Positions 35,581 through 44,234 of a DNA stretch of 64,000 nt are shown piece by piece. The stretch is taken from NCBI GenBank assembly GCA_041390825.1, contig JAWKPF010000013.1, positions 67,949 through 131,948 of the forward strand. Reading direction: 5' to 3'. Below the pieces are notes generated by a model, which searched no databases, had not been told where the DNA came from, and worked only from the letters and a program-made list of their open reading frames with translations. Position numbers and translations under genes: made by a program. Every line of letters starts with the position of its first letter. The first letter of the stretch is position 1. This DNA comes from Thermomicrobiales bacterium. Its GTDB lineage: Bacteria; Chloroflexota; Chloroflexia; Thermomicrobiales; UBA6265.

Positions 35581-35630
35581 GCAGGGACGCCCGGCGCTAC
35601 GATCCAGTGATGGTGGCGCGGCGTCCCTGC
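35581..35630. terminator. hairpin between convergent genes
   Basis: GCAGGGACGCC ... GGCGTCCCTGC (11-bp stem, 28-nt loop), between the stop codons ending at 35502 and starting at 35649. Confidence 0.35.
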
Positions 35631-35648
35631 TCGCCGTTCGGGTGATTG

Positions 35649-36896
35649 CTAGAAGCGGGCGGGGTCGAAGGGTTTCAGGAGCTCGCGGGAGCCGTTGTTG
35701 GTCATGAGATCGGCGATGGCGTCACCCGTGGCGGGAGCGAGGGTGAGTCCCATCATGCCGTGGCCGGTGGCAATGGCGAGATTGCGGTAGTCCTTGAGGT
35801 ACCCAATGAGCGGAAGTCCGTCGGACGACATGGGGCGCAGACCGCTGCTGACGACGGGGATCGAGAGGTCGGTCGGCCAACCGCGGATGATATCGGCGGT
35901 GCCGCGGACGATTGCTTCGACACGCTCCGGGCGGATCGTCGCGTTGTTGCCGGAGAACTCCATGGTGCCCGCCAGGCGGGTCATTCCATTCATTGGGGTG
36001 ATGACGTGCCGGCCGTCGAAGACCTCGATCGGATGGCGGATTTCGACCGGGGCGGGGGTGTAGTCCAGCGAATAGCCCTTGCCGCCCTCGATGGGAATGC
36101 GGCGCTTGGCGAACCGGGCAATCTGGGGTGACCAGACGCCCGCGGCAATGAGGACAGCGTCGGTTTCGATGCGCCCGTGATCGAGGACGACGTTGGTGAC
36201 CCTGTTCCCTTCGATCGTGAGGTCTTCGACGCTCACGCCGCTGCGAAGATCGACATCGTTGGCTTCCAGCCAGGAGACGAGCGCGGAGTTGAGCGTGTCA
36301 GGGCGGATGGAGCGTTCCTGCGTCATCCAGATGCCGCCGTGAATCTTCTCGGTCAGGGCTGGTTCCATCTGGCGCAGATCGTCGCCGACAATCGGCCCCT
36401 GGATTTGCAAGCCATTGATCGGGCCAAAGCGAGCGAGCATTTCCAGTTCGTCCTCGAGCCCGGCGGGTGTGCGGAAGACGAAGAGAATGCCGTCGTGATG
36501 TTCCTCGAAGGAGATGCCGTCGGCGCGCATTGTGTCGAAGGTTTCGAAGGCGCGCTTGCCAAGTCCGGCGAGGGCCTCGACGCCATGCCAATAGTCCTTT
36601 TCGTTGCAGTGACGCCAGAAATCGAGGGTCCAGCGCATGAACGATGGACTGGGACGCGGCTGGATGTAGAGCGGACTGGACGAGGAGCGCATCCATTTCA
36701 TGGAGGTGCGCACCAGACCGGGAGCGGGAACGGGTGTGGCCCAACCGGGAGAGATCCATCCCGCATTGACACGGGATGCGCCGTAGCCGAAATCGCGATT
36801 GGTGACGACGGTAACCGTCCATCCCCGCTTGCGCAGCGCCCAGGCTGACGAGAGCCCGACGACGCCACCGCCAATGACGACAACCCGATCTGGCAT
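35649..36896 (-). CDS. FAD-dependent oxidoreductase, D-amino-acid dehydrogenase (DadA)-like
   Basis: 415-aa ORF with dinucleotide fold VVVIGGGVVGLSSAWAL. Its length and C-terminal GHGMMGLTLAPATG are typical of DAO-family enzymes. Confidence 0.8.
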   Translation of the reverse strand: MPDRVVVIGGGVVGLSSAWALRKRGWTVTVVTNRDFGYGASRVNAGWISPGWATPVPAPGLVRTSMKWMRSSSSPLYIQPRPSPSFMRWTLDFWRHCNEKDYWHGVEALAGLGKRAFETFDTMRADGISFEEHHDGILFVFRTPAGLEDELEMLARFGPINGLQIQGPIVGDDLRQMEPALTEKIHGGIWMTQERSIRPDTLNSALVSWLEANDVDLRSGVSVEDLTIEGNRVTNVVLDHGRIETDAVLIAAGVWSPQIARFAKRRIPIEGGKGYSLDYTPAPVEIRHPIEVFDGRHVITPMNGMTRLAGTMEFSGNNATIRPERVEAIVRGTADIIRGWPTDLSIPVVSSGLRPMSSDGLPLIGYLKDYRNLAIATGHGMMGLTLAPATGDAIADLMTNNGSRELLKPFDPARF

Positions 36897-37010
36897 GGCC
36901 CTATTCCCTCTTCATCTGCGCGGCATCTCCGCGTTTAGAGAAGTATGAAGGATTCCGCCACCGAACGGTAGCCAGGAAGGCAAAAATCCGAGCCGAGATG
37001 GCTGATCCCG

Positions 37011-37457
37011 CTATTTTGTCTTGAGCATCGATTTGATCATAGGGCCGACCACCTGGGCCGTGCGGGGATCTTTGAGGAGCATGGCGATCAGTCCGAAGCG
37101 GCTGGTGATGAGTTTGGCCATCACCACGCCGGTCGCGCTGTCGCGCACAGCGGGGTTTTGTAGCAGCGTTTTGGCCGAGGCGGCATTCTGACCGGTCAGC
37201 ATGCTGGCCATTACCGAGGCGATTTCGTTGGCGTTTCCCTGGGAGACGCCAGGGGGCGGCTTGATGCCCTTCTTGGCGAGGTTCTCCTGCAGCACCTGAC
37301 CGAAGGCAGCGACCTTTTGCGGGTCCATGCCTTCCAGAGTCCTGCGCGCGCTGGCGGTGATTTCTGCCTGCGATTTGCCAGCGGTGGCGGCGCGAATCTC
37401 CTCCATGCTGGGGAGATTCGTGGGCATTTGGGTGCGAAGTTGCTTGAGCCGGTCCAT
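37011..37457 (-). CDS. hypothetical protein (148 aa)
   Basis: Last 148 codons of ORF 37011..38315, from ATG 37455-37457 (MDRLKQLRTQMPTNLPSMEEIR...). The upstream part of the ORF is antisense junk over the neighbouring regulator. No family recognised. Confidence 0.5.
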   Translation of the reverse strand: MDRLKQLRTQMPTNLPSMEEIRAATAGKSQAEITASARRTLEGMDPQKVAAFGQVLQENLAKKGIKPPPGVSQGNANEIASVMASMLTGQNAASAKTLLQNPAVRDSATGVVMAKLITSRFGLIAMLLKDPRTAQVVGPMIKSMLKTK

Positions 37458-37739
37458 AGGCGGAAGTTTAGCAGGCTGTGGGCAGCGTTCGGTCGTCTGT
37501 TGGTGGTCGTCAGCAGTTGGCTCAAAGGGGCTTGTCAGCGCCCTGCCTGTCTCAGGCTGCGGGATACAGGGTCCGGGAAGCCTGTCGCGTTGGGCACGTT
37601 TGGCGTGTGCCGCGGGTGAGAGACAAGGGACGTCGTATTTCGTATGCTGCAACATTCCAGGGTGGTCGTACAGCGGTGAAGGAGATCGAGCATTTCCAGA
37701 TTTGGGCTGGCACTGCGGCACTATCGGGTTTCCGCCGGG

Positions 37740-40058
37740 TTGAGCCAGGAAGGGCTGGCCGAGCGGGCTGGATTGAGCGTGCGCGGGATCAGCGATCTGG
37801 AACGAGGGGCGCGCACCTTTCCCCGGTTGGAAACGGTACGCATGCTGGCCGACGCGCTGGAACTGGGCGAGCGGGATCGCGCCACGTTGTTGGCGGCGGC
37901 GCGCCCGGAGCTGGAGTCCGACGCGCACCCGGAAGCTCCCGCGCCGAAACAGGAACGCGGCGTCAGACCGCGGCCGCTGCCAATTCCGCCGACACGGCTG
38001 GTGGGGCGGGACGAGGAGATTCAGCGGATCGTCGAGCTCTTCCGGGGTGGTGAAGCACGGCTGGTTACCGTGACCGGGCATGGGGGGATCGGGAAGTCCC
38101 GGCTCGGGCTGGCGATTGCGCGAGGGTTCCACCAGGAACTGCGTGGTCGGGTGGCCTATCTGGAGTTGGCGGCGGTGCGCGATCCGGCGTTGGTGCCGGG
38201 GGCGATCGCGTCGCAACTCGATGTGTTGGTGGAACCGGGCACGTCCCCCGCGCAAGCGGTTGCGCAGGCGATTGGGCCGGAGCCCATGTTGCTGGTGACG
38301 GACAACTGGGAGCATGTGGTGGAAGCAGCGCCGGTGCTTTCCGTGTTGCTCGGGCAGTGCAGCGGCCTCTGGATTCTGGCGACCAGCCGCGAGCGGTTGC
38401 GGTTACGAGGGGAATGGGAACTGCGGCTCGATCCGTTGCCGGTGCCGGATGCGGGGATGCGCGCGGTCGAGGAGATAGGCGCGTTTTCGGCCGTGGAGCT
38501 GTTCGTGCAACGGGCGAGCGAAGCACTGGACGGGTTCGCGCTCGATGCAAGCAATGCGCCGACCGTCGTGGACATCTGCCGGCGGCTGGACGGGATTCCG
38601 CTGGCCATCGAGCTGGCGGCGGCGCGCACGCGAATCTTCCCGCCGGATCAACTGCTGGGACGGCTGGAAGGCCGCTTTCAGGTGTTGACCGAGGGGCCGC
38701 GCGATCTACCGGAGCGGTTGCAGACGATGCGCTCGGCGATCGCGTGGAGCGTGGACTTGCTGGATGACGACGAGCGGCGTCTCTTCGAGCGGCTGTCGGT
38801 ATTCGAGGGCGGGTTCACGATTCCGGCGGCGGTGGGGGTGCTATCCCAGATCGATACCGATGCGGATCAGGGCGCGATCGAGGAACGCGTGGTTTCGTTG
38901 GTGGAAAAAAGCCTGATTCAACCGGTCGACACGAACCGGGACGAACCGCGATTCCTGATGTACGAAACGATTCGGGATTTCGCCGCGGAACGGCTGGGAT
39001 CAGAGCCCGAGGATTTGGCCGGGGCGCACGCGCGGCATTTCGTCGCGGTGGCGGAGGAAGCGGAACCGGGGCTGACGGGTTCAGATCCATTGCCGACCTT
39101 CGAGCTGCTGGAGATCGATATTGGCAATCTGCGTTCGGCCATGGGGTATTTGCGCGATCGGGGCGAGATCCAGGACGCGCTGCGCATTGCCAGCGCGCTC
39201 GCGTGGTTCTGGACCGAGCCACGGTTCCTGGCGGAAGGGCAACGATGGTTGGCGTCGCTGCTGGAGGATCCGGCCGCGGCAGATTCTCCCGAGGCGCTGC
39301 GGGTGCGGGCGCTGATCGCGGCGGGGGATCTTGCGATTTGGCAAGGAGAGCTGGACGAGGCCGCGGCGTTGCATGGAGAGGCGCTGGAGCTGCTGCGTGA
39401 GTTGAACGACGAGCGGCAGCTGGCAGCGGTGCTGCGCAGTCTGGCAAATGTGGCGCTTGAACGGAACGAGTTCGGGCAGGCGGACGCGCTGCTGTCGGAA
39501 TCGCGCGAGTTGGCTCAGAGCTCCGGGAACGATTGGGAAGTGGCGGCATCGGCAAACCTGCTTGGGTTGAGCCAGGCGATGCAGGGCGCGCCCGATTGGG
39601 CGATCGAGCGGCACCGGGAAGCGGTCGAGATTTGGCGGGAACTGGGCGACATCGGACATGTGTTCGACGCGCTGGCTGGGCTCGGTTGGGCGCAGTTGCT
39701 GGCCGAGCGTTACGCCGAAAGCGCGGAGACCTATCTGGACGCCTTGCCGCTGGCGGTGGAATCGGACGATGTCTTGCAGATGGAATGGTGCATTCGCGCG
39801 GCGGCGGCGATCGCCGCGGCAAAGGGAAGCGAGCTGGAACGGGCGACGCGGTTGTTTTCCGCGTCGGAGGCGATGCGCGAGGCAACCGGGATCGATTTGC
39901 GCGTCGGCATTGGGGAGACGCTCGATCGGTTGATGCAATCGGTTCAGCGTCAATTGGGGCGGGAGCGGTTCGGGCGAGGCTGGGCCGCTGGTCAGCGGAT
40001 GACGCGGGAGCAGGCCCTGGACGAGGCGCGCTTGGTGTTCGAAAAGGCGCGAGCGTAA
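37740..40058 (+). CDS. XRE-type HTH + P-loop NTPase (NB-ARC/AAA-like) + TPR regulator (STAND-type)
   Basis: 772-aa ORF. HTH is LSQEGLAERAGLSVRGISDLERG, Walker A is VTGHGGIGKSRLG, and the C-terminal helical repeats are TPR-like. The open frame continues upstream (FGLALRHYRVSAG) without a canonical start codon. Confidence 0.8.
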   Translation: MSQEGLAERAGLSVRGISDLERGARTFPRLETVRMLADALELGERDRATLLAAARPELESDAHPEAPAPKQERGVRPRPLPIPPTRLVGRDEEIQRIVELFRGGEARLVTVTGHGGIGKSRLGLAIARGFHQELRGRVAYLELAAVRDPALVPGAIASQLDVLVEPGTSPAQAVAQAIGPEPMLLVTDNWEHVVEAAPVLSVLLGQCSGLWILATSRERLRLRGEWELRLDPLPVPDAGMRAVEEIGAFSAVELFVQRASEALDGFALDASNAPTVVDICRRLDGIPLAIELAAARTRIFPPDQLLGRLEGRFQVLTEGPRDLPERLQTMRSAIAWSVDLLDDDERRLFERLSVFEGGFTIPAAVGVLSQIDTDADQGAIEERVVSLVEKSLIQPVDTNRDEPRFLMYETIRDFAAERLGSEPEDLAGAHARHFVAVAEEAEPGLTGSDPLPTFELLEIDIGNLRSAMGYLRDRGEIQDALRIASALAWFWTEPRFLAEGQRWLASLLEDPAAADSPEALRVRALIAAGDLAIWQGELDEAAALHGEALELLRELNDERQLAAVLRSLANVALERNEFGQADALLSESRELAQSSGNDWEVAASANLLGLSQAMQGAPDWAIERHREAVEIWRELGDIGHVFDALAGLGWAQLLAERYAESAETYLDALPLAVESDDVLQMEWCIRAAAAIAAAKGSELERATRLFSASEAMREATGIDLRVGIGETLDRLMQSVQRQLGRERFGRGWAAGQRMTREQALDEARLVFEKARA

Positions 40059-40239
40059 CAGGACACGGGCGGCCCGTCTCCATGGCACAAAGGGATCCCG
40101 GGCCGGTTGCGATTCAACCAGTCCGGGATTTCATGTATCTCCCCTCTCCCGCATCGATTAGGTGGAAGAGCAATGTATTGGGTGGCGGTCTCGAAACGCA
40201 TTGGCAGACCACCGGATGAGCGGACACAGAGGTCCATTT

Positions 40240-41757
40240 CTATGATTGCAACGACTCCTCGTCGACCACGCGAATGGTGAGCAAGCGCGGGTCGGCGGCT
40301 CCGGCGCAGGTGGCGCCACCGGCGACGACCTGGGCGAGATAGAGCAGCTTGCTCCAGCCGATGCGCTCGCCGGGAACGAGCACGGGGATGCCGGGCGGAT
40401 AAGGAATGATTGGCTCGGCGGCAATGCAGCCGATCGCCGTGGGCAGCGGGACGGCGTGGGACTTGGCGAAGAAGGCGTCACGTGGGGTCATGGTCATCTC
40501 TCCTGGACTGATGGCGTCACCGACCGAACGCGCGGCCAGCCGGCGGGGTCGAGATTCGAAAACCGGGGTGCGGCGGCTGATGGCCGTGAGGGCAGCGACC
40601 AACGCTGCGAGCGAGGCGCGGGTATCCCCGACGGTGACCACGCAGACGATGCCGCGGCGGTCGCTCATCTCGGGGGCGATGCCGAATTCTTCGCGTAACA
40701 ATGCCTCGACCTTGTAGCCGGAGAGCCCGATGCCGGCGGTATCGATGACGAGACGGGTCGGGTCGACCTGATCGGCAGGCAATCCGAGGGCGGCATGGTC
40801 GATCAGCGCAAGACCGGGAATCGCGCGGAGCTCCTTGCGCGCCCAGGCGGCAAGCGCCATGGTGAGTTCCAGCAGACCCCAGCCATGGAGGGCCACTTGC
40901 CGGCGGGCGGCATCGAGCGAGGCGAGGATCGGGAGGCAGCGGCTGGTCGACTGCGTCATGCGCACGCTCGCGGTAATGCGGCGGCGGTCGATGCGCTCGC
41001 CCTGGAGCACGATCATGGCGCCCTGGCTCAGCGCGGGGAGTGTCTTGTGCAGACTCACCACCGCGGCATCGGCGCCGGCGGCCATGGCGTGCATGGGAAG
41101 CGACTGATGGAAGGGGAAATGCGCGCCCCAGGCTTCATCGACCATGACTGGCACGTTGTGGGCGTGGGCTGCGGCCACGATGCCGGGCAGATCGGAGGCA
41201 ACGCCGTGATAGGTCGGGCTGGTGACGATGACCAAGCTGGCATCTGGGTGGGCATCGAGCGCTTCGGCGATGCGAGCGGGGTTGGCGCCGATGCTCATGG
41301 CGTGGGTCGGATGCAGCTCCGGGGCGACGAAAACCGGATTGGCGCCGACCAGGATCAATCCGGTCAGGACCGACATATGCGCGTCCCGCGCGACGATGAC
41401 GGTATCGCCCGGATTCAGCAGCGCCAAGAGGAGGGCATGGTTGCCGCTCGAGGAACCGTTGACGACATAGCGGGCGTCATCGGCGCCCCAGGTGGTGGCG
41501 GCCAACTGTTCCGCCGCGCGCAACGCGGTGTCGAGTTCCGTTGTGTTGAGCCAGACATCGGAACGGAAGACCGAGTCGCCCAACAGGCCGCGCACCTGAT
41601 CGTCGAGCAGGCGTCCACCCTTGTGCCCAGGGGTGGAGAATGCGATTGCGCCGGTGTCGAGATGCCGCTGGAGCGCGTCGACGAGGGGAACGGCCTGGTG
41701 CGAATCGATACGCGGTGGCTTGACCTGGGTCGACATCTGGAGCGCGACTGTTTCCAT
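40240..41757 (-). CDS. Orn/Lys/Arg decarboxylase-family PLP enzyme (fold type I)
   Basis: ORF 40240..41856, with ATG 41755-41757 after GGAG. Contains FSTPGHKGG, the PLP-lysine motif VVSLHKTLPALSQGAMI, and a C-terminal domain. Confidence 0.85.
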   Translation of the reverse strand: METVALQMSTQVKPPRIDSHQAVPLVDALQRHLDTGAIAFSTPGHKGGRLLDDQVRGLLGDSVFRSDVWLNTTELDTALRAAEQLAATTWGADDARYVVNGSSSGNHALLLALLNPGDTVIVARDAHMSVLTGLILVGANPVFVAPELHPTHAMSIGANPARIAEALDAHPDASLVIVTSPTYHGVASDLPGIVAAAHAHNVPVMVDEAWGAHFPFHQSLPMHAMAAGADAAVVSLHKTLPALSQGAMIVLQGERIDRRRITASVRMTQSTSRCLPILASLDAARRQVALHGWGLLELTMALAAWARKELRAIPGLALIDHAALGLPADQVDPTRLVIDTAGIGLSGYKVEALLREEFGIAPEMSDRRGIVCVVTVGDTRASLAALVAALTAISRRTPVFESRPRRLAARSVGDAISPGEMTMTPRDAFFAKSHAVPLPTAIGCIAAEPIIPYPPGIPVLVPGERIGWSKLLYLAQVVAGGATCAGAADPRLLTIRVVDEESLQS

Positions 41758-41780
41758 CGGTGAGTCTCCGAAACTGCCGC

Positions 41781-42146
41781 TCACGAATCGCGGTCCGCGA
41801 AGGGGTCGAGGATCAAATAGGTCTGCAAGAGCAAGATGACAGCGATGACAGTCCACTTGCCGGGCGAGATCGGCACGTCATACCGAAAGCGGTCGACTAG
41901 GACGAGCCCAACCTGCAGGAGCACGACCCAGCCCATCGTCACGACCGAGAGTTCGGCCGTTTTCAGGCTGGTGGCATAGACCGCGAAGAGGACCGCGAAG
42001 GTCAGCAACCCGATCAGGAAGCAGAGGCGGCTGCCGTTATCCGCCCAGTGCTTGGCAAGCAACGCGCCGCCGAAATCGAGCCCGGCCAGAATGGCCATGA
42101 CCGTGGCGAGCACGAACACGCGAGGGACCGCCGGCAGTTCGATCAT
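41781..42146 (-). CDS. small four-TM membrane protein (SMR/DMT-like)
   Basis: ORF 41781..42170, with internal ATG 42144-42146 (MIELPAVPRVFVL...). Four hydrophobic helices. It ends 23 nt before the decarboxylase start. Confidence 0.6.
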   Translation of the reverse strand: MIELPAVPRVFVLATVMAILAGLDFGGALLAKHWADNGSRLCFLIGLLTFAVLFAVYATSLKTAELSVVTMGWVVLLQVGLVLVDRFRYDVPISPGKWTVIAVILLLQTYLILDPFADRDS

Positions 42147-42150
42147 TCGA

Positions 42151-42378
42151 TCACCGCCTGACCGCGCCATGGCGCACTGAGCGCAGCAGCGCTTCGGCCT
42201 TGCGGCGATCGATGATCGGCCAGTCGTCGGCGCGCTGCTCTGGCAGGAGCGAGACGTTCACTGGCGAGATGCGACGTACGAGGCCGGCGAACCGGCTTTC
42301 CTCGAATGACACGCGCAGCTCGATGCGAATCTCGTTGCCGACTTGCTGGAATGGGGAGAACCAACTGTTGCGAACCAC
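42151..42378 (-). CDS. small hypothetical protein (75 aa)
   Basis: Distal part of ORF 42151..42570. GTG 42376-42378 lies 6 nt after GGAGAGGAA. The stop overlaps the next gene's start region. No family recognised. Confidence 0.4.
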   Translation of the reverse strand: MVRNSWFSPFQQVGNEIRIELRVSFEESRFAGLVRRISPVNVSLLPEQRADDWPIIDRRKAEALLRSVRHGAVRR

Positions 42379-42555
42379 GGTGCGTTCCTCTCCATTGACG
42401 TATCGATCTATCAAGCGCCGTATTGGTCGAGTCGACGGAAGGGCCGGGCTGCGATGAGAGCTGGGTTGCGGCCCTCCGGTCGACGCATCCTCATGGTGCA
42501 GCCAGACGACCCGGAGCAACAGACGCAACGCACACGCAATTGGTGTGTTCTTGCG

Positions 42556-42604
42556 GACAGCAGGCAGCACGCAGCACGCAGTAGTCAGTAGTCAGTGGTC
42601 AGTT
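42556..42604. repeat. heptanucleotide tandem tract, 7 units (GGCAGCA/CGCAGCA/GTCAGTA)
   Basis: gacagca ggcagca cgcagca cgcagta gtcagta gtcagtg gtcagtt. Confidence 0.9.
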
Positions 42605-42715
42605 GGGGGTTGTGGGCGGACAGCACTTGGGCAACGGAATGGGGATGCCAGTGCGCAGCCATAGCCTTTCACGTCATGCTTGCTCGTGCTTTCCGCGCAT
42701 TGGCATGCGACAGCC

Positions 42716-42799
42716 AACTGGCGACTGACTACTGACAACTAGCTACTGCGTGCTGCGTGCTGCGTGCCGCCTGCCGCCTGCTGCCTGCTGCGTGCTCCG
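42716..42799. repeat. heptanucleotide tandem tract, 12 units; reverse complement of the 42556-42604 series
   Basis: aactggc gactgac tactgac aactagc tactgcg tgctgcg tgctgcg tgccgcc tgccgcc tgctgcc tgctgcg tgctccg. Confidence 0.9.
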
Positions 42800-42889
42800 G
42801 CATATCGGATTGTTCGGTCGATTGGGCGCTGCTAGGATGGCGAGGCGGTTTACCTCGGCCGGTCCAACGAGGGACTGGTAGGACAGACC

Positions 42890-44212
42890 TTGGCCAGCGA
42901 CACAGCAGCACAGACCGACGCGCAGAAACCGGGACGGCTCGATGTCGTCCGCAATCGCTCGTTGCTGACGCTCATGCTGGGGCATGGCACGGTCGATATG
43001 TACTCCGGGGTGATCCCCCTCCTCTATCCCCTGTTGACCGAGCAATTCGACCTGAATCTGAAGACGGTCGGACTGGTGTCTCTCTGCTACTCCGGGATGG
43101 CGTCGCTGACGCAGCCGCTGTTCGGGTGGGTCACCGATCGGTGGGGCACGCGCTGGATCGGGTTGGCGCTGATGTGGACGGCCATCATGTTCGCGTTGCT
43201 GGGGCTGGCGACCAGCTTTTCAATGTTGCTCCTCTGCGCCGCGCTTGCCGGTATCGGGTCGGGCGCGTATCACCCGATGGGGGCGGTGACCGCGGCGTCG
43301 GTGATTCCGGACAATCAGCGCAATGTGGCGATGTCGATTTATGTCACGGGCGGCACACTGGGAGTGGCAATCGGCCCGCTCATCGGCGTGGCGGTGTTCG
43401 CGCTCTTTGGGTTGCACGGCACCCTGGCGATGGTGATTCCCGGTGCGGCGATCGCTGTGTTTCTGTTGAGCCAGATGCGCACGATTGCGTCGCGCCTCAA
43501 GAAGAAGGCGGAGCAGGCGCAGGCCGAGGCGCCGCCGATCCCCTGGAAGCCGATGAGTGTGGTGATTGCGCTGATGATGCTGCGCTCGTGGGTGCTCTTC
43601 GGCATCAGCTCGTTCATTCCCATCTGGTATGACGAGATGGGCTACAGCCGGTTGTTCTATGCCGCGCTTTCGACCACGATCCTGCTCAGCAGCGCGGCCG
43701 GGGCCATTGGTGTTGGGTCGATTGCTGACCGGCATGGACGGCGGAAGCTGCTGGTGATGACGTCGGTGGCCACGGTGCCGCTGATTCTGCTCTTCGCGCA
43801 GTTCCCCGGCGTGCCGGCGTTCTTCACTGCGGCGATGATCGGGTTGCTGGCGGCGAGCACCGGACCGCTGTTGCTGGTGATGGCGCAGCAGCTGATGTCC
43901 GGGCGGCCGGGAATCGCATCTGGCCTGATCCTGGGGTTGGGTTTCATCATGGGGGCGGTTGGCGTGCCGATCATGGGCGCGGTGGCGGACGAATGGGGCA
44001 TCCAGAACGCGATGCGGCTCTGGGCGCTGATCGCCGGATTGTCGATCTTTGTGTCGATGCTCTTGCCGACCGATGCGGACGTGCGGTTGTTGAGCGAGCG
44101 GAAGCCGGCGCGTCGTGAGGCCAGTGTTCAGGGGACAGGGTCGGGAGGAGTCCTGAGGCCGGAGTCCAGAGTCCAGAGTCCAGGGTCAAGAGTCAGGGGG
44201 CCTGGGTCCTGA
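42890..44212 (+). CDS. MFS transporter
   Basis: 440-aa ORF with a TTG start, about 12 TM segments and the MFS loop motif GWVTDRWGTRW. The last ~22 codons are encoded by a heptamer tract. Confidence 0.85.
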   Translation: MASDTAAQTDAQKPGRLDVVRNRSLLTLMLGHGTVDMYSGVIPLLYPLLTEQFDLNLKTVGLVSLCYSGMASLTQPLFGWVTDRWGTRWIGLALMWTAIMFALLGLATSFSMLLLCAALAGIGSGAYHPMGAVTAASVIPDNQRNVAMSIYVTGGTLGVAIGPLIGVAVFALFGLHGTLAMVIPGAAIAVFLLSQMRTIASRLKKKAEQAQAEAPPIPWKPMSVVIALMMLRSWVLFGISSFIPIWYDEMGYSRLFYAALSTTILLSSAAGAIGVGSIADRHGRRKLLVMTSVATVPLILLFAQFPGVPAFFTAAMIGLLAASTGPLLLVMAQQLMSGRPGIASGLILGLGFIMGAVGVPIMGAVADEWGIQNAMRLWALIAGLSIFVSMLLPTDADVRLLSERKPARREASVQGTGSGGVLRPESRVQSPGSRVRGPGS

Positions 44213-44216
44213 GACG
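44147..44216. repeat. heptanucleotide tandem tract, 10 units (GGAGTCC/AGAGTCC/TGGGTCC)
   Basis: ggagtcc tgaggcc ggagtcc agagtcc agagtcc agggtca agagtca gggggcc tgggtcc tgagacg. It contains the MFS stop codon at 44210-44212. Confidence 0.9.
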
Positions 44217-44234
44217 GTTGGGAACGAGGAGCGA

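Noticed and set aside
42605-42715. Small gene or RNA in the unique core between the inverted heptamer tracts
   Set aside because: There is no ORF with a start and ribosome-binding site, and I could not identify a recognisable RNA motif. It is kept only as part of the palindromic-region finding.
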